Below are positions 39,755 through 54,440 of a DNA stretch of 64,000 nucleotides, piece by piece. Under the pieces are notes generated by a model. It worked only from the letters and a program-made list of their open reading frames with translations, made no database searches and was not told the origin of the DNA. Made by a program: the position numbers and the translations under genes. Within the stretch, counting starts at the first letter, position 1. The number at the start of each line of letters is the position of its first letter. Source of the stretch: Octopus sinensis (taxonomy: Eukaryota); assembly GCF_006345805.1 (NCBI RefSeq), contig NC_043004.1:102052001-102116000 (forward strand). Direction: 5' to 3'.

Positions 39755-40996
39755 CTCTAAAGTATCTTTTACAGAACTATTTCTTTTGAAATCATGAACC
39801 CTGATAACTATAGTGGATGATTTAACCGGTAATTGTGACGTTCATGTGACAAACTGCATTTGTGGTTTAAGGTGACACAAAAAGTTAAATACCGAATCGT
39901 GAAATTTCTTCAATTAACAGTCTTTTCTACAGAGCTGCAGACGTCACATGACTTAAAATAAGGCTCTCAGATTTCTGCAGAAAACAGTAAGAGACTAAGG
40001 GACATTCAAACTTTCTTCTGTAACAGCGGAGTATAAATGAAATAAATCAACTGAAACTAGAATTTGAAATCTGATCACAGCCTCGAATCGGCAGAGAACG
40101 TACATCTGATTTACGAAGGGAAAATAGCAACACAGATATTATCTATTAGTTGCTTTGCTAGTAAGGGAGTTTCCATGTGGTATCTAGACCTACCAGAAAT
40201 AAGAGGAAAATCTTCGAATCACTCCCTACCGTCTTAAAAAACGAACAAACGCGCGGGATAATGTGGGCCCAGCAAACATTTTGTCTAAGGAGAAAAAACC
40301 GGATGGTTACGGCTGAAGCGCCTACTCGATCAGAGTTGACCTGGGTTAATGTCTTTTAGTTTCCATTATTTTTACCAGCACCAGAAGATCAAGAACAGAC
40401 AGACCTACAGGCATCAGACTTCAAAGAGATGAATTAAGAATTGGATTTGCTTGTTTTTAAAAGTGCTAATGTCATCAAGTACAGTCTATAAAAAATACAG
40501 CGCAGCAGTCATGAATGAGCAGAAATTGAAGAATAAATAAAGCAAATAAATAAATATAATTAAAGAAAAAATAATAAACGTGAAAAAAATATATAAAATA
40601 AATTTTAAAACATTTTTTTTTAAAGTTTTCAGTTACATTTTTAATTTTATTTAGTTCAATTTTTATTATTTTTTGTGTAGATTTTGTTTCTATATAGATT
40701 TTTTTTTGTTTTTCGTTTTTATATACTTTATATGAAAATGTTTCATTGCTTTTGACACTGAAATTAAGTTATTTGTTGACCTTTTACCCTCTAAAAATGA
40801 ACTGGAATCGTTATTATATCCATACTCATTCACAGCATTGACATTTACGCAGGTTTATTAACCCTTCATATATTATTGTCAGGACCAGTTCTCAAGGTGT
40901 CACTCAAAAACAAACCGTAAACACACAAAAATGAAATGTTAGCAAAATTTTTCATACATACATGTGTGCGTGTTTCTGTGTGAGTCTCTCTCTTCC

Positions 40997-41145
<149 letters not shown>

Positions 41146-41166
41146 TTATATATATATATATATATC

Positions 41167-41198
<32 letters not shown>

Positions 41199-43084
41199 TA
41201 GATAGATAGATAGGATAGATAGATAGATAGACAGATAAAACTTACTTGCAAATGGATGCGTGACGTTCGATCATATAAATATATAAATAATATATATATG
41301 CATATATACATACATATATGTACATACCTACATATATATATGAATATATATACATGCATATATGGGTACAGGACGTCAAAAGAACGTGAACAAAATTAAA
41401 AACGAGAACATAAAAAAACACAAACATGGAAAACGAATATTTTTGGGATAACAGGCAATATAAAGAACAGTTGTTCCCCTGTTTTATCTACTCGCGTTTC
41501 GAAGGTTGGGGTAAGACGCGACTTCGTTAAAACAATTCTTCCCGCAAAGCAAATTAATAAATTTGGGATTTTTGCGGAGAGTTATAGTGGTAACAAAAAT
41601 AGGACAGTAAGAACAAAAAAGTAATGACAAGGTGAAGTGGTGAACGCTGGAGAAAGGAGCTATTACAAGAGACAAGCAAAAGTAGGTCTTATTTCTTGTA
41701 AAGCAAGAGGAAAAAGAACGATAGCCGCTGGTCACGTGTGAGCAACGAGAGAGTCAAGGAGGAAGAGTGAGGGAGAGAAAGAGAACGGTGAAGAGGGGAT
41801 TTAATGCACGTACATTATTGACAGGCAAGTTACTGTATATATTAGCGTCAGAGACAGTATTAATACAGAGAGGTAATATTTATTCCCACTTATACGTGGA
41901 TGTTCTTTTAGAACAAACTTTACTGCGGTAGATACCAAGAAAGAAACCTTCATATAGGCTTTTGGTGCCGAGTGCACGCTTGCTTGTTTACATTGTCGGC
42001 GGGGATATAAATCCCCGCCAACTCCAGCGCCGAAGCTACCAGATCACGTGGTTTCGATCTTCCTTGATCTCATCGGTGATGGACGTTCGACCGCTACAGA
42101 TAGCAGAGACTCATCTCCCCACTAACGATATATAGAAAATCCGTACCTGAACAGGCACTGGTATCCCGATTAGCCCATCCAGAGATAACATCTTTTATGG
42201 ACGTGCTGCGTTTAAAAGTACAACATAAATCGGAGGGAGATGAGAATCATCCCAGCGGCAGCTGGAGAAAATGCTAGATGCACTTTTTCCTCGTTGAAGG
42301 CATTTAATAGCGTGCGCTGAGAGCCAGCATGCTTAGACGAAATTCGGCGCCACAAAGATATAGGAAAATAATGAATAAACAATCATAAGTGTTGCGAATA
42401 GTTGCCAACAAAACGCCTACAAGAGATATTAACTCCGAATCGATACCGCAGTAAATTTGCCAATCTCGATGTATGTTACATTAAGCATGATGCATAAATG
42501 GCTATTTGTTCCGGCTCTTAACGTTTCCGGTTCAAATCTCACCGGAGTCAGTTTTGCTTTTCCTCCTTCCAGGGTGGATAAAATTGAAAAGTGACGGATT
42601 AGCGGAACTGTTAGAGCATAGAGAGGATTCTTTACATTATTTGTTCCGGTGGTTTACGTTCTGAGCTCATATTTTGCCTCCCATTACCGGTATCATCGTG
42701 GTGGAGAAACGGCTCCTTCAGGATCCGGACAACGATTATTGGTCTCCGATGTTAGACGGAGGTGACACATCGATAAAAATTGAGTGGAAACTGTACAAAG
42801 CGAGATAAACTTGAACGTTGAGATTTCTTTTCTTTTAAAAATATGCATGTGCCAATGTCGTTATTAAGGAAGCGAAATTATTATTATCAATAAATCATCT
42901 GTCATCATGTTCTGAATTCAAAACGTATAATATCTTGTTTAACACGTATAGAAAATCGGTCTCAACATTGACATTTGATTTTCATCAATCTATGTTTGAA
43001 AGCTTGCCATCTCCGACCCTAATTCAAGAAAAGGTGGAGAGTCCTTCTCCACAAGACGCCCCGATCTAAAAGGTAAAACACGTC

Positions 43085-43660
43085 TCTTCACATTGGTTGT
43101 ATAAATGTCCGTGGCCTGATGTCGAGTTAGAAGCAAGGGCGCTTCCTAAATGACATCAGGTCGAGAAATTTGGATGTAATTGTTGCAACGGAAACCCGGG
43201 TGAAGGGGCCAAGAGATCTGCTCTCCCTCCTGAACGGCTACAAGAAATACGTTTCCCGAAGTCGGGCTGGTGGGGGGGTCCTACTAAAAAGAAACCGGGT
43301 AACCAAGAATAGGTTGATTTTTTTCTGATCTAGAAGGCAGGCTGGTCGTTCTCGACTTGACTTTCAGTTGTGGCAAGACAATGAGGCTGGTTGCAATTTA
43401 TGCACCCAACGTTATGGGTCTGCAAAGCGAACATTTTCGTGACCTGAGCAAGTTCCTGGCTACGTCGCATTCGCTAGTGTTGATAGGAGACTTTAACACA
43501 ATTTGTGACGCGCGCACAGATTGTGTTGGCTCGAAAAGGATTTGGAAATGTAACCCTGGCTTTCGGGATCTGCTAAGTCACTTTCAACTGGCAGATCCAT
43601 ATAGGCTGGAACATCTGAACACTCTGCAGTGGACATGGTCAAATATTGACGGGTCACACC
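43085..43660 (+). pseudogene. Tx1/L1-clade LINE apurinic endonuclease domain remnant
   Basis: IGCINVRGL...DVIVATET...GRLVVLD...RLVAIYAPN...LVLIGDFNTI...LADPYRL...WTWSN. Confidence 0.88.
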
Positions 43661-43835
43661 TAAATATTTATAATTGTATATAAATTCATTAGTTACTATA
43701 ATTTATTAGTTTCTTTTACATATTCTTAGCTTATGCATGTGTATGCAAATATAGTATTGGTATATCCCATTTATGTTCATTAGAAATTAAATATATAAAG
43801 AATTTTGACATGTACGAATATTTATCCCCCCACCA

Positions 43836-43887
<52 letters not shown>

Positions 43888-43904
43888 ATTTAATAAATAA
43901 AACA

Positions 43905-44135
43905 TATGCATACATACATATATGTACATACCTACATCTATATGTATATATACATGCATATATGGCTATAGGACACCAAAAAAAGTAGAACACAACGAGA
44001 AACGAAAACATAAAAACAAAACATGGAAACGGACTTTTTTTAACAACGAAAAAACAGAGTCCAAGACATACAACTCAAGGGACATTCCCCTTCTTCAGCT
44101 GCCCCTGTTTCGACTTATTGCGTGTTTCGAAGGTA
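43905..44135 (+). mobile_element. Dispersed non-coding repeat family (ATATGTACATACCTACATCTA...GGACACC...GAAAACATAA); other copies at ~17393-17600 (+), ~26180-26420 (-), ~41300-41530 (+)
   Basis: Four recognisably homologous copies within the window. Confidence 0.75.
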
Positions 44136-44166
44136 TTTATATATATATATATATATATAATATATA

Positions 44167-44385
44167 AGGCGGCGAGCTGGCAGAAACGTTAGCACGCCGG
44201 GCGAAATGCGTAGCCGTATTTCGTCTGCCGTTACGTTCTGAGTTCAAATTCCGCCGAGGTTGACTTTGCCTTTCATCCTTTCGGGGTCGATAAATTAAGT
44301 ACCAGGTTACGCACTGGGGTCGATGTAATCGACTTAATCCCGTTTGTCCCCTCTGTGTTTAGCCCCTTGTGGGTAGTAAAGAATA
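44167..44385 (+). mobile_element. SINE family B (Deu/Nin-like central domain) - representative copy
   Basis: GGCGGCGAGCTGGCAGAAACGTTAGC...GAGTTCAAATTCC (B box)...GAGGTTGACTTTGCCTTTCATCCTTTCGGGGTCGATAAATTAAGTACCAG, resembling the DeuSINE/Nin conserved domain. Other copies: 195-375+, 4428-4843-, 6243-6652-, 9695-9892-, 11590-11730-, 19735-19883-, 21150-21385+, 24366-24700+, 26545-26760-, 26957-27530+, 27590-27710+, 31715-31940+, 38830-38965-, 51918-52145-, 60665-60830-. Confidence 0.88.
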
Positions 44386-44473
44386 TATATATATAATATA
44401 TATATATATATAATAATATATATATATATATATTATAGTAGACAGACAGACAACAGACAGACAGACGACAGAC

Positions 44474-44520
<47 letters not shown>

Positions 44521-44620
44521 AGATAGATAGATTAGATAGATAGATAGACAGACATAGATATATAGACAGATAGATAGATATGTAGATAATAGATAGATAG
44601 ATAGAAGATAGATAGTAATA

Positions 44621-44662
<42 letters not shown>

Positions 44663-45595
44663 GTAGATGTGGCTATGTGATAAGAAGTTTTGTATGTATG
44701 TATGTGTGTTTGTGTGTTGTGTGTTTGTCCTTCCACCATCGCTTGACAACCGATGTTGGTGTGTTTACGTCCCCGTAAATTAGCGGTTCGGCAAAGAGGA
44801 CGATAGAATACGTACTAGGCTTACGAAGAAACTGAAAGAAGCCTGTCAAATATATATTATAGGTATATATCGGTGTGTGTCTGTTTGTCCCATGTCACTG
44901 CTTAACAGCCGTGTTGCTGTATTTACATCCCCGTAAGCTAGCTGTTCAGCAAAACGGATCGATAGAACAAATACCAAGCTTTACAAAAATAAGTACTGGA
45001 GTCGATTATTCGACTGAAAATTCTTGAAGGCGGTGCCCCAGCATGGCCGCAGTCTAATGACTGAAACAAGTAAGAGATAAAAAGTAAAACGTTGTGCACA
45101 TAAACTATTAAAGACGTTGCTCTAGCATGGCCGCGACCCATTAACTGAAAACATTAAAAGAAAGAAAAAGAATTTAGGCCATTTTCTCAGCACATGTCAA
45201 CAACTCCATGTCAACAACTCGAGTCAATAGTCAGTCAAACACGTCAGTGTCAACAATTTAATCTCGATAAACAGGAATATGTTCCATAATTGTAGCTTTC
45301 ATTAATGGCCCTGTCATGTTTTTTCACCCTGTTTGTTTCAGCTTCTGTACATCAAGGGAAAAAGAAAACAAAAATCAACCGAACCATTGCTGCTTCTGCT
45401 GCTGCTGCTGACACTACAATTGTCATTAGAGAGACAAATCTTTCGGTTTATCATCATTTGTTACCCTACCTCTCCCTCCCCACTCTATGTGCGCGCGTTT
45501 GGGTGTGTATATATATATATTATTATATATATATATATATATATTTATTTAATATATATATATAGATATTTATTTATATATATATATATATATAT

Positions 45596-45680
<85 letters not shown>

Positions 45681-45742
45681 TTATATATATATATATATAT
45701 ATGTATTTATATATATATATATATAGATATATAAATACATAC

Positions 45743-45775
<33 letters not shown>

Positions 45776-46015
45776 ATATAATTACATATATATATATATA
45801 TATATATAATATAATATATATATATATATATATAAAAATTTATATAGAGAAAGGGAGAGAGAATGGGAATGTGTGTGTGTGTGTGTGTACATGAGAATAT
45901 ATAGATTATATATAAATTATATTTCATAATGCTGAGACAACTTTGTCGCTGCATTAAGAATTTCGCTGATAAATTTGTTTTTCCGACATTTACACACGCA
46001 TAAACACACTCATAA

Positions 46016-46067
<52 letters not shown>

Positions 46068-46392
46068 GTATGTGTGTGTATGTATGCTTGTATGTAGGCA
46101 TATGTATTTTTACTCTTTTACTTCCTTCAATCATTGGACTGCGGCCATACAGGAAAACCGGCTTGAAGGATTCTTCAAACAAATTGACACCAGTACATAT
46201 TCTAAGTTTAATATTCTTGTGCCTAATCGCCAAATTCCGAGGATGTACATGAAGCAACACCGGTTGTCAAGTGCTGTGGGGAGAAACAAAAAGACACGCA
46301 CATAGATAGTTAAACAGACAGACAGACAGACAGGCAGGCAGGAAGACAAACAGACAGACAGACAGGTGGACAGGCATAAAGACAGACAGATC

Positions 46393-46483
<91 letters not shown>

Positions 46484-47589
46484 GCGCCCATGCTGCAATA
46501 CAATGGTAACAGAAAACCATAATCCAGCACCATGCTTTCCCCTGACCAGTACCTTAGTGTTTCTCTGGTCCAAATATTAGTGAACAAATGCAAGGGTGAG
46601 TTGTGTGTTTTACAATTTCATCACGTTTTCTCGCCGTATCCCCTGTCTTAAAAAAACACAGACGGACTATCCCGTAGGCTTTGCCGCGTAGGATGGCGCA
46701 TACTTCTTGCCATACATCAGGTGAGGCCTTTTCCAGATGCTCGTCTGAAAGCAACACAAAACCTCCACTATTTTAAGTATTCATAAGTATATGAATATAT
46801 AATTCAGGCGCAGGAGTGGCTGTGTGGTAAGTAGTTTGCTTACCAACCACATGGTTCCGGGTTAAGTCCCACTGCGTGGCATCTTAGGCAAGTGTCTTCT
46901 ACAATAGCCTCGGGCCGACCAAAGCCTCTTGATTGGATTTGATAGATGGAAACTAAAGGAAGCCCGTCGTATATATATATGTGTGTGTGTTTGTGTGTTT
47001 GTGTTTGTGTGTCTGTGTTTGTTCCTCCACCATCGCTTGACAACCGATGGAATCGAGTGTAGGAAATCATAAAAACCAACAATATGAAAGAAAAGAAAGA
47101 TTCCTTGTAGGTAGCAGCTAAGTTAAATAAATTAACTCCACAATAGGCGCAGGAGTGGCTGTGTGGTAAGTAGCTTCCTAACCAACTACATGGTTCCGGG
47201 TTCAGTCCCACTGCGTGGCATCTTGGGCAAGTGTCTCCTGCTATAGCCCCTGCCGACCAATGCCTTGTGAGTGGATTGGTAGACGGAAACTGAAAGAAGC
47301 CTGTCGTATATATGCAATATATATATATTATATATATATATATTATATATATATGCGTGTGTGTGTTGTGTGTCTGTGTTTGTCCCCCTAGCATTGCTTG
47401 ACACAGATGCTGGTGTGTTTACGTCCCCGTCACTTAGCGGTTCGGCAAAAGACACCGATAGAATAAGTACTGGGCTTACAAAGAATAAGTCCCGGGGTCG
47501 ATTTGCTCAACTAAAGGCGGTGCTCCAGCATGGCCGCAGTCAAATGACTGAAACAAGTAAAAGAGTAAAGAGTAATTTCAGGCTTACCC

Positions 47590-49140
47590 TTACTGCTTTG
47601 GGCAAATGACCTCTTCCAGCTGTCATTTTCTGGTCTTCTGCTGAACTGAAGCCAGATTTATTACTCACCGTTTCTAATTTCTACGAATGAAGCGAAGGTT
47701 ACTGCTGAAGGCGAGGATCAGCACTTTCCTAACCACATAACTGACGACAAGCACACCAGGCTCTCTACTAGCAGCTTGACCAAAATGTTAAACTCTGCGC
47801 TCAGCAAAGTAATAGGCCAAAACAATATCAATAATGTTTTTCGCATTCTTTTCTAACACTACCATCATCACTGGACTAAGTATTCTTCCCTTTTGCCACT
47901 AGCAACAGCACGCAAACAAGTCGAGCATATATACGTAAAGTTCATTTTGAAAATCCTCCAAAAATTGCGCTGTCTCTCGTGCAACCACTGAACGCCAATC
48001 GTATCTCAACTTTTGTCATTGACATATTGCACTACCTTATGTCTTCCACCGTGTGTTTCGTTAGGCTGTTAACATCGGCCCTGAGATCCATCACTGCTTG
48101 ATATCCGTCGTCTGCTCCAAACAACTGAACAAAGTGCCGCCGGGAAATCGCATACACATGTCAGTAATTGAATAATACACGTTGTGCAGCTTCATCAAAG
48201 ACTGTTATTGCTTTGTTGCTGTGCCACACATCGCCTCTGCGGTATGGATCCATAGAAATGCTTTCATTTTCTAGTGTATTGGAGCACGAGACTTATGTTT
48301 GACAAAGCAACCAACGCGTTAAAGAAATAGATGAAGACTATTGTTGCCGCTTGAATGTCGGTTGCTATGTCTTTCCTAATCGTCTTTTCTGATTTATTCA
48401 GTAATTATTTTTCTACTTCTTTGCTGAGTCCTTTCGATTCTCTTCTAATCGTCCACTTCAGAGCACGCTGCCATCGAATGTTGACAATCGCCCCCGAAAA
48501 CTACTGCTGAACGAATTCGCTAAATAAGTCACTGAAGACTTTGAGCAAAGAGACCGTATCGTTCAGCTTCCAGTAGCCGAGGCCCTGTCTAAGCGTTCTA
48601 TCTAGGTTATCTGGCTGACCACACATCTCTGGTTTGTGTAAGCAGTCTGGTTGAAAATGCGGACATGTAACCCTATTTCTATCCGCTGACCAAACAAATG
48701 GTTTATCTAGATATGATTTGAGTCATGTGCCGGAGTCGCTCCATGTCCGTATTATTGCACAATAGAAACCCTGTTAATAACCATGAGGCAGTCGGAATTG
48801 TCAGGGAGGTTTACACACCCGCATCTCATCGGCTAATACCACACAATCTCAGCAGGAGGCTAAAATGCCATTCGTTTTTCACTAGTGTCAGAGAGTGGGG
48901 CGTTCCAAAGAACACTTCTAGACACTTGAAGTAATCCGTCGTGTACCAGTACTCCGAAGACACATAGCATTTGCTGCTGCTCACGCCCAGCAACAACAAC
49001 TTTTAGTCCGCGACCGGGAAGATCACCCTCACATCAAGATCCATATATATCTTGTATATCGATACTTGATATGAGTCAGATATAAAGACACATCCGTCGG
49101 GTAGCCGTCGAAGATGTGCATAAATACATGTCTCGCCAAA
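47590..49140 (-). pseudogene. Tx1/L1-clade LINE ORF2 remnant (endonuclease through start of RT)
   Basis: Frame-broken minus-strand motifs SYLD..., GLGYWKLN (similar to GxGYWKLN) and RPITLLSAEFNILVKLL (similar to RPISLLNxDYKILAK). Confidence 0.82.
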
Positions 49141-49164
49141 CACTATGTTGTGTCAATCTGATGT

Positions 49165-49446
49165 TTAGAAGTCCTCAGTTGTACAACTGCCAACCTAAAG
49201 AAATCAGAAATATAAAAAAGGATCCTCTACTAAAACGTTTAAAAAGACATTAGACAAACTCTTAACGACGACACCGGACCAGCCAACCATTCAAACATAC
49301 ACACATAGAAGAACAGCTGCTGCAAACTCAATCATTGAATATCGTCCAACAATAAAGCGACAACAGAATTGAAAGAAAATAAATTAAGGTGGTGCTCCAG
49401 CGTGGCTGTAGTCCTACTACTGAAGTCACCGAAACAATAAAAGGAT
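49165..49446 (+). mobile_element. 3' end of a second CR1/L2-type LINE family
   Basis: RSPQLYNCQPKEIRN / KTFKKTLDKLLTTTPDQPTIQ...RTAAANSIIEY; homologous to the 30.7-kb fragment. Confidence 0.8.
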
Positions 49447-51114
49447 ACTAATCCCGCTGATAGGCACCACAACTGTATCTATTGTCCTGTAACCTTGTCT
49501 AAGTCAACCTTAGGCCAAGTACATTTAGACATCCTCCTCTGAGTTTGTCATACTTGCCGGAGAAAGATGAGGGCAATCTAATCTTCTCAGTACTGGAAAA
49601 GAGGATCCTTTGAAAGGTCTTTCAAACATTTATTCGCTGTTCTTTTTTTCCCCCGAAGTAGTCCCCATATCATAATGGTATCTTGGTATGAGTGTCATGT
49701 AGATCAATAGTTCTCAATAGGAGTCCATGTGACACTTGGTGGGTTCATATAAGATTTTAGACGGAATTCTGGTAAAAGCATCCTATATAATCCCTCATAA
49801 CTTCATTATTTTTTGGAATTTTCAGAAAAGTTTTTGCGAGTTTGTCTTCTACACACAGGAATTGATACGATTATGAAAAAAGAAAAAAAACTTTAGAAAT
49901 CTTTTTTAACTCCACCTTCCCACCAAATCCTAAAAGTTCCACTCTTTTCCATTTTTTAAAATACGGACAGTCGGATTTTTTCTTTTTTTCTTTTCTTTTC
50001 TTTTTTGCTTAAATCCCAGCAGTGGACTACTCTTGAGTGCATCGTCAATCCATTAAATGTGTTTATGGGGAGAAAATGTTGAAAAACATCAATACATCTG
50101 ACAAACAAACGTAGATGGTATCAGGTGGTCGTGAGATGTGCTAAAAATATCAGCTAAATTGCCTTTAAATCACACGCAATTTTTTTTTATAATTGTATGA
50201 ATTTCCGTTTGTAGGACACAAATACGCAAAAAATTTCAGAAAATTCCCCAAAATTAAAAGAAATGGAAGTTATGATGGATTACATAGAATGCTTAAACCA
50301 GAATTCCGCCAGCTTTTGTAAAAATATATGCCCTTATAAATTGGTTGTACTTTTACAATACACAAAATATTTTAACAATTTTTTAATGCAATCCCTAAAA
50401 ATATTAAATCATAAAATAGGGGCTAGAGGTCCATCCGGGTAAAATAGGAATCAAAGAAGGTCCATAAGTAAAAAAATGATTATGAACCGTTGATTTAGAT
50501 CAATGGTTCTTAATCGGAGTCCATATGGCCCCTGAGGGTCCACTTAAGATTTGTGGGGCGGTCCACATAGCAAAACAGAAGATTGGGGATCCATAATAGT
50601 ATTTTAAGGGGCCCTGAAAAAATTTTCTTTAGGCGTAGGAGTGACCGTGTGGTAAGTAGCTTGTTTACCAACCACATGGTTCCAGGTTCAGACCCACTGC
50701 GTGCCACCTTGGGCAAGTGTCTTCTACTATAGCGTCGGACCGACCAAAGCCTTGTAAGTGGATTTGGTAGACGGAAACTGAAAGAAGCCCGTCGTATATA
50801 TGCATATATATGTGTGTGTATATGTTTGTGTGTCTCTGTTTGTCCCCCTCCCAACATTGCTTGACAACCGGTGCTGGTGTGTTTACGTCCCCATAACTTA
50901 GCGATTCGGCAAAAGCGACCGATTGAATACGTACTGGGCTTACAAAGAATAAGTCCTGGGGTCGATTTGCTCGACTAAAGGTGGTGCTCCAGCATGGCCA
51001 CAGTCAAATGACTGAAACAAGTAAAAGAGAGAGAGAGAGCAAGAGAGTATGTATCGGTATGTAATGCAAGAAGCAGCTAGGTTCCTTTCACTAACGTTTT
51101 ACAAAGTTGTACCT

Positions 51115-51501
51115 TGGTGGAAGCACTCCGTCGATTACGACGATGAGGGTTCCGGTTGATCCGAATCAACGGAACAGCCTGCTCGTGAAATTAACGTGTA
51201 AGTGGCTGAGCATTCCACAGACACGTGTACCCTTAACGCAGTTCTCGGGGATATTCAGCGTGACACAGAGAGTGACAAGGCCGGCCCCTTGAAATACAGG
51301 TACAACAGAAACAGGAAGTAAGAGTGAGAGAAAGTTGTGGTGAAAGAGTACAGCAGGGATCACCACCATCCCCTGCCGGAGCCTCGTGGAGCTTTTAGGT
51401 GTTTTCGCTCAATAAACACTCACAACGCCCGGTCTGGGAATCGAAACCGCGATCCTATGACCGCGAGTCCGCTGCCCTAACCACTGGGCCATTGCGCCTC
51501 C
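51115..51501 (-). mobile_element. SINE family C copy with 12-bp TSD (one mismatch)
   Basis: TSD AAAGTTGTACCT (51103-51114) / AAAGTTCTACCT (51502-51513). Confidence 0.92.
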
Positions 51502-52726
51502 AAAGTTCTACCTACACAAGTTGGAGTAGGAAAAAGAAAAAAAAACGGAATTTTGAAAGAAGGTTCTATAAAACTAGTTCTTAACCATCGAATGGCTGTG
51601 GCGGGTCCACCAGAATAAAATAGTAATCAAAGGAGTCCATAGATAAAATATGGTTGAGAACCCCTGATGTAGATGAATGACTCTTCCGCATAAGTAATCT
51701 TCCTTGTGTGATTTTTGGTGCATGAGATCTTCAAAACCTCCGTCTTCGTGTATGTCGGTCGCTTACGTCCTCTTCGATCAAATAACTGTTGCTCTCTCGA
51801 ACGACAGTGAAGATGAAAACGAGGCGGAGAAACTTTTCAGTGTTTGGTTGGTTCTTAGTATTCTTATTTTCACTGTTACTGCTTTTGTTTCTCCTTTTTT
51901 TTTTATATATATATATATTTCTTTACTACCCACAAGGGGCTAAACACAGAGGGGACAAACAAGGACAGACAAAGGGATTAAGTCGATTACATCGACCCCA
52001 GTGCGTAACTGGTACTTAATTTATCGACCCCGAAAGGATGAAAGGCAAAGTCGACCTCGGCGGAATTTGAACTCGGAACGTAACGACAGACGAAATACGG
52101 CTACGCAGGTCGCCCGGCGTGCTAACGTTTCTGCCAGCTCACCGCCTTATTTTATATATATATATTTTATATATATATATATATGTGGGTGTGGTTGTTT
52201 CCGGGTTTTTTTGTTTTTGTTTTTGTTGTTGCTGTTGTTGTAGTTGCTTTTCTTGTGGTGGTGGTGGTGGTGGTGGTGGTGGTGGTGGTGGTGGTGGTGT
52301 TGGTGGTGGTGGTGGTGGTTTTGGTGGTGGTGGTGGTGGTGGTTGTGGCGGCGGCGCAGTGAGCCGTGGCGCGGTGGTAGTGGTGGTGGTAGTGGTGGTG
52401 GTGTGGGTGGTGGTGGTGGTGGTAGTGGCGGCGGCGGCGGCAGTGAGCGGTGGCGCGGTGGTGGTGGTGGTGGTGGTGGTCATCGTCGTCGTCGTCGTCG
52501 TGGAGGTACTTTTGGTGGGTGGCTTAATCTATGGGGGTTTCTAATAACTCTTGGAACCTTCTGGCTTTCAGCTTTGCGAGTAGACATTTATTTGTTTATT
52601 TATTTTTTCCTGTTTCTCTTCTTCGCTCCGCATTTTGCGACTAGCCTCGTCCCGACCTCGTTACACAATGAAGTTTCGGAGTTGGAGAAGTCTGAAGGAA
52701 AGGAAAAAAACGTGTGTGCGTTTGGG

Positions 52727-52791
<65 letters not shown>

Positions 52792-52910
52792 TTACATTAC
52801 CGAAATAATTTTTTTGAACGTTACAAACGGACGTTATCACTGAAAGATTGCTAACACTGTGTGTATGTACGTATGAGTGTGTGCGTGCGCGTGTATATAT
52901 GTGTGCGCGC

Positions 52911-52942
<32 letters not shown>

Positions 52943-52990
52943 GTGCGTGTGTGTATGTGCGAGTGTGTGTATGTGTGTGTGTGTGCGTGC

Positions 52991-53033
<43 letters not shown>

Positions 53034-53541
53034 TGCGCGTGTGTGTGTGTGTGCGTGTGTGTGTGTGTATGTGTGTTACGTTGAGGAAGAGATCAAAGGA
53101 TGTAATTAAAATATCCAGATAATTATGTGGTACGGGAGAGAAATTAGGCGTGACATGTTTAGTGATATTCTTAGCCGTTTAGTGACAAACCTAGTTAGGT
53201 TTTGTTATCTCCTCTGTTTGTACTGGCTTCAAAGTTTTATTTGAGATAATCACTTCAGACTTGTCGAGACCTGAGACCACTGTTTGTTGTTGTCGTTGTT
53301 GTCGTTGTTGTTGTTTTATGGACCTATGATCAAAAGGCATTAGAATCATGATCATCCCGTTTGGTTTTTTAATGTTTAAGACATCGTATCTAGAACTAAG
53401 TGTTTTAGTTTCTCTCTCTTTAAGACATCGATGGTGGTGTGGGGCAGGGTTGTTTAATCTGAGGGATGTTTGACAGCCTCTTCGAGCAGGTCAGAAGTGA
53501 CTACGGAGAGGCGTCCTCGTTGGGTTATATACTTGCAGTGT

Positions 53542-53580
<39 letters not shown>

Positions 53581-53694
53581 CAGCAGCAGCAGCGATAGTA
53601 GTAGCAGCAGCGATAGTGGTGGTGGTGGTGGTGGTGGTGGTGGTGGTGGTGGCGGTGGTGGTGATGGTGATGATGGTGGTGGTAGCAGTTGTTT

Positions 53695-53743
<49 letters not shown>

Positions 53744-54229
53744 TGTAGTTGTTGTTGTTGATGATGATGATGTTTATTTTTCGACTTGATAGCAACAGTA
53801 AACAATAGCAGAATGGTGGCAGAAGAGTCTGGAAGAAATTAAAGAGGAAATTATCTATCCCCCCACTCTCTCTATCTCTCTCACCACACACACACACACA
53901 CACACACACGCACGCACACACACACATTCATTCATCCCTTTTTCTTTCCACCTTTTTATCTCCTTCTCTCTCTCTCTCTCTCCCCGTCCCTCAACTTCCA
54001 TCTAACTTATCTTTCTAAATATGGTTGTCGTTAAAATATAATCGCCCTTGGTTTCTTTTAGGGTAGTTTTGTTTTTTGGGGGGGTTTTTCTGCTAAGTAA
54101 ATATGTTTGTGTCGTGTGTAAAGATGATATCGCAATGGACGATTAAAAATAAAGATGAAGGATATATGACTATCCTCTTGTATTAAGCACCACTAGCGAG
54201 GCCGATAGCCAACGAGGTGGCCTCTTTAT

Positions 54230-54440
54230 ACTCGCTAGATATGCTAGAAACAGCAGTCAAATCTCCCTCGAATCGCACCGTCTTAAAAAGACATGGTCAA
54301 TTAAGTAATGTAATTCTAACTCTAAAGAGACAAGAGGTCACGGCAGGAACGTATTTGGTTGTAGTTCTATTTGATCCCAGCAGATCTAGGATTAGACAGC
54401 AAACCTACCAGAAACGAGAGTCATATCTCCCTCAAATGGG
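54230..54440 (+). mobile_element. Older dispersed repeat family D (CTAGAAATAGCAGCCAAATCTCCCTCAAATCAC...); other copies near 6700-7010, 7960-8130, 16050-16410, 53290-53450, 60330-60530
   Basis: Recurrent degenerate motif on both strands; probably a SINE remnant. Confidence 0.6.

Noticed and set aside
43085-49140. The two Tx1/L1 fragments as one inverted or split element
   Set aside because: Both cover the endonuclease domain in opposite orientations and are visibly divergent; independent insertions are more parsimonious.
52139-52544. Pro/Thr/Gln-rich or Gly/Val-rich ORFs
   Set aside because: (GGT)n/(GTT)n trinucleotide expansion with no flanking coding signal.
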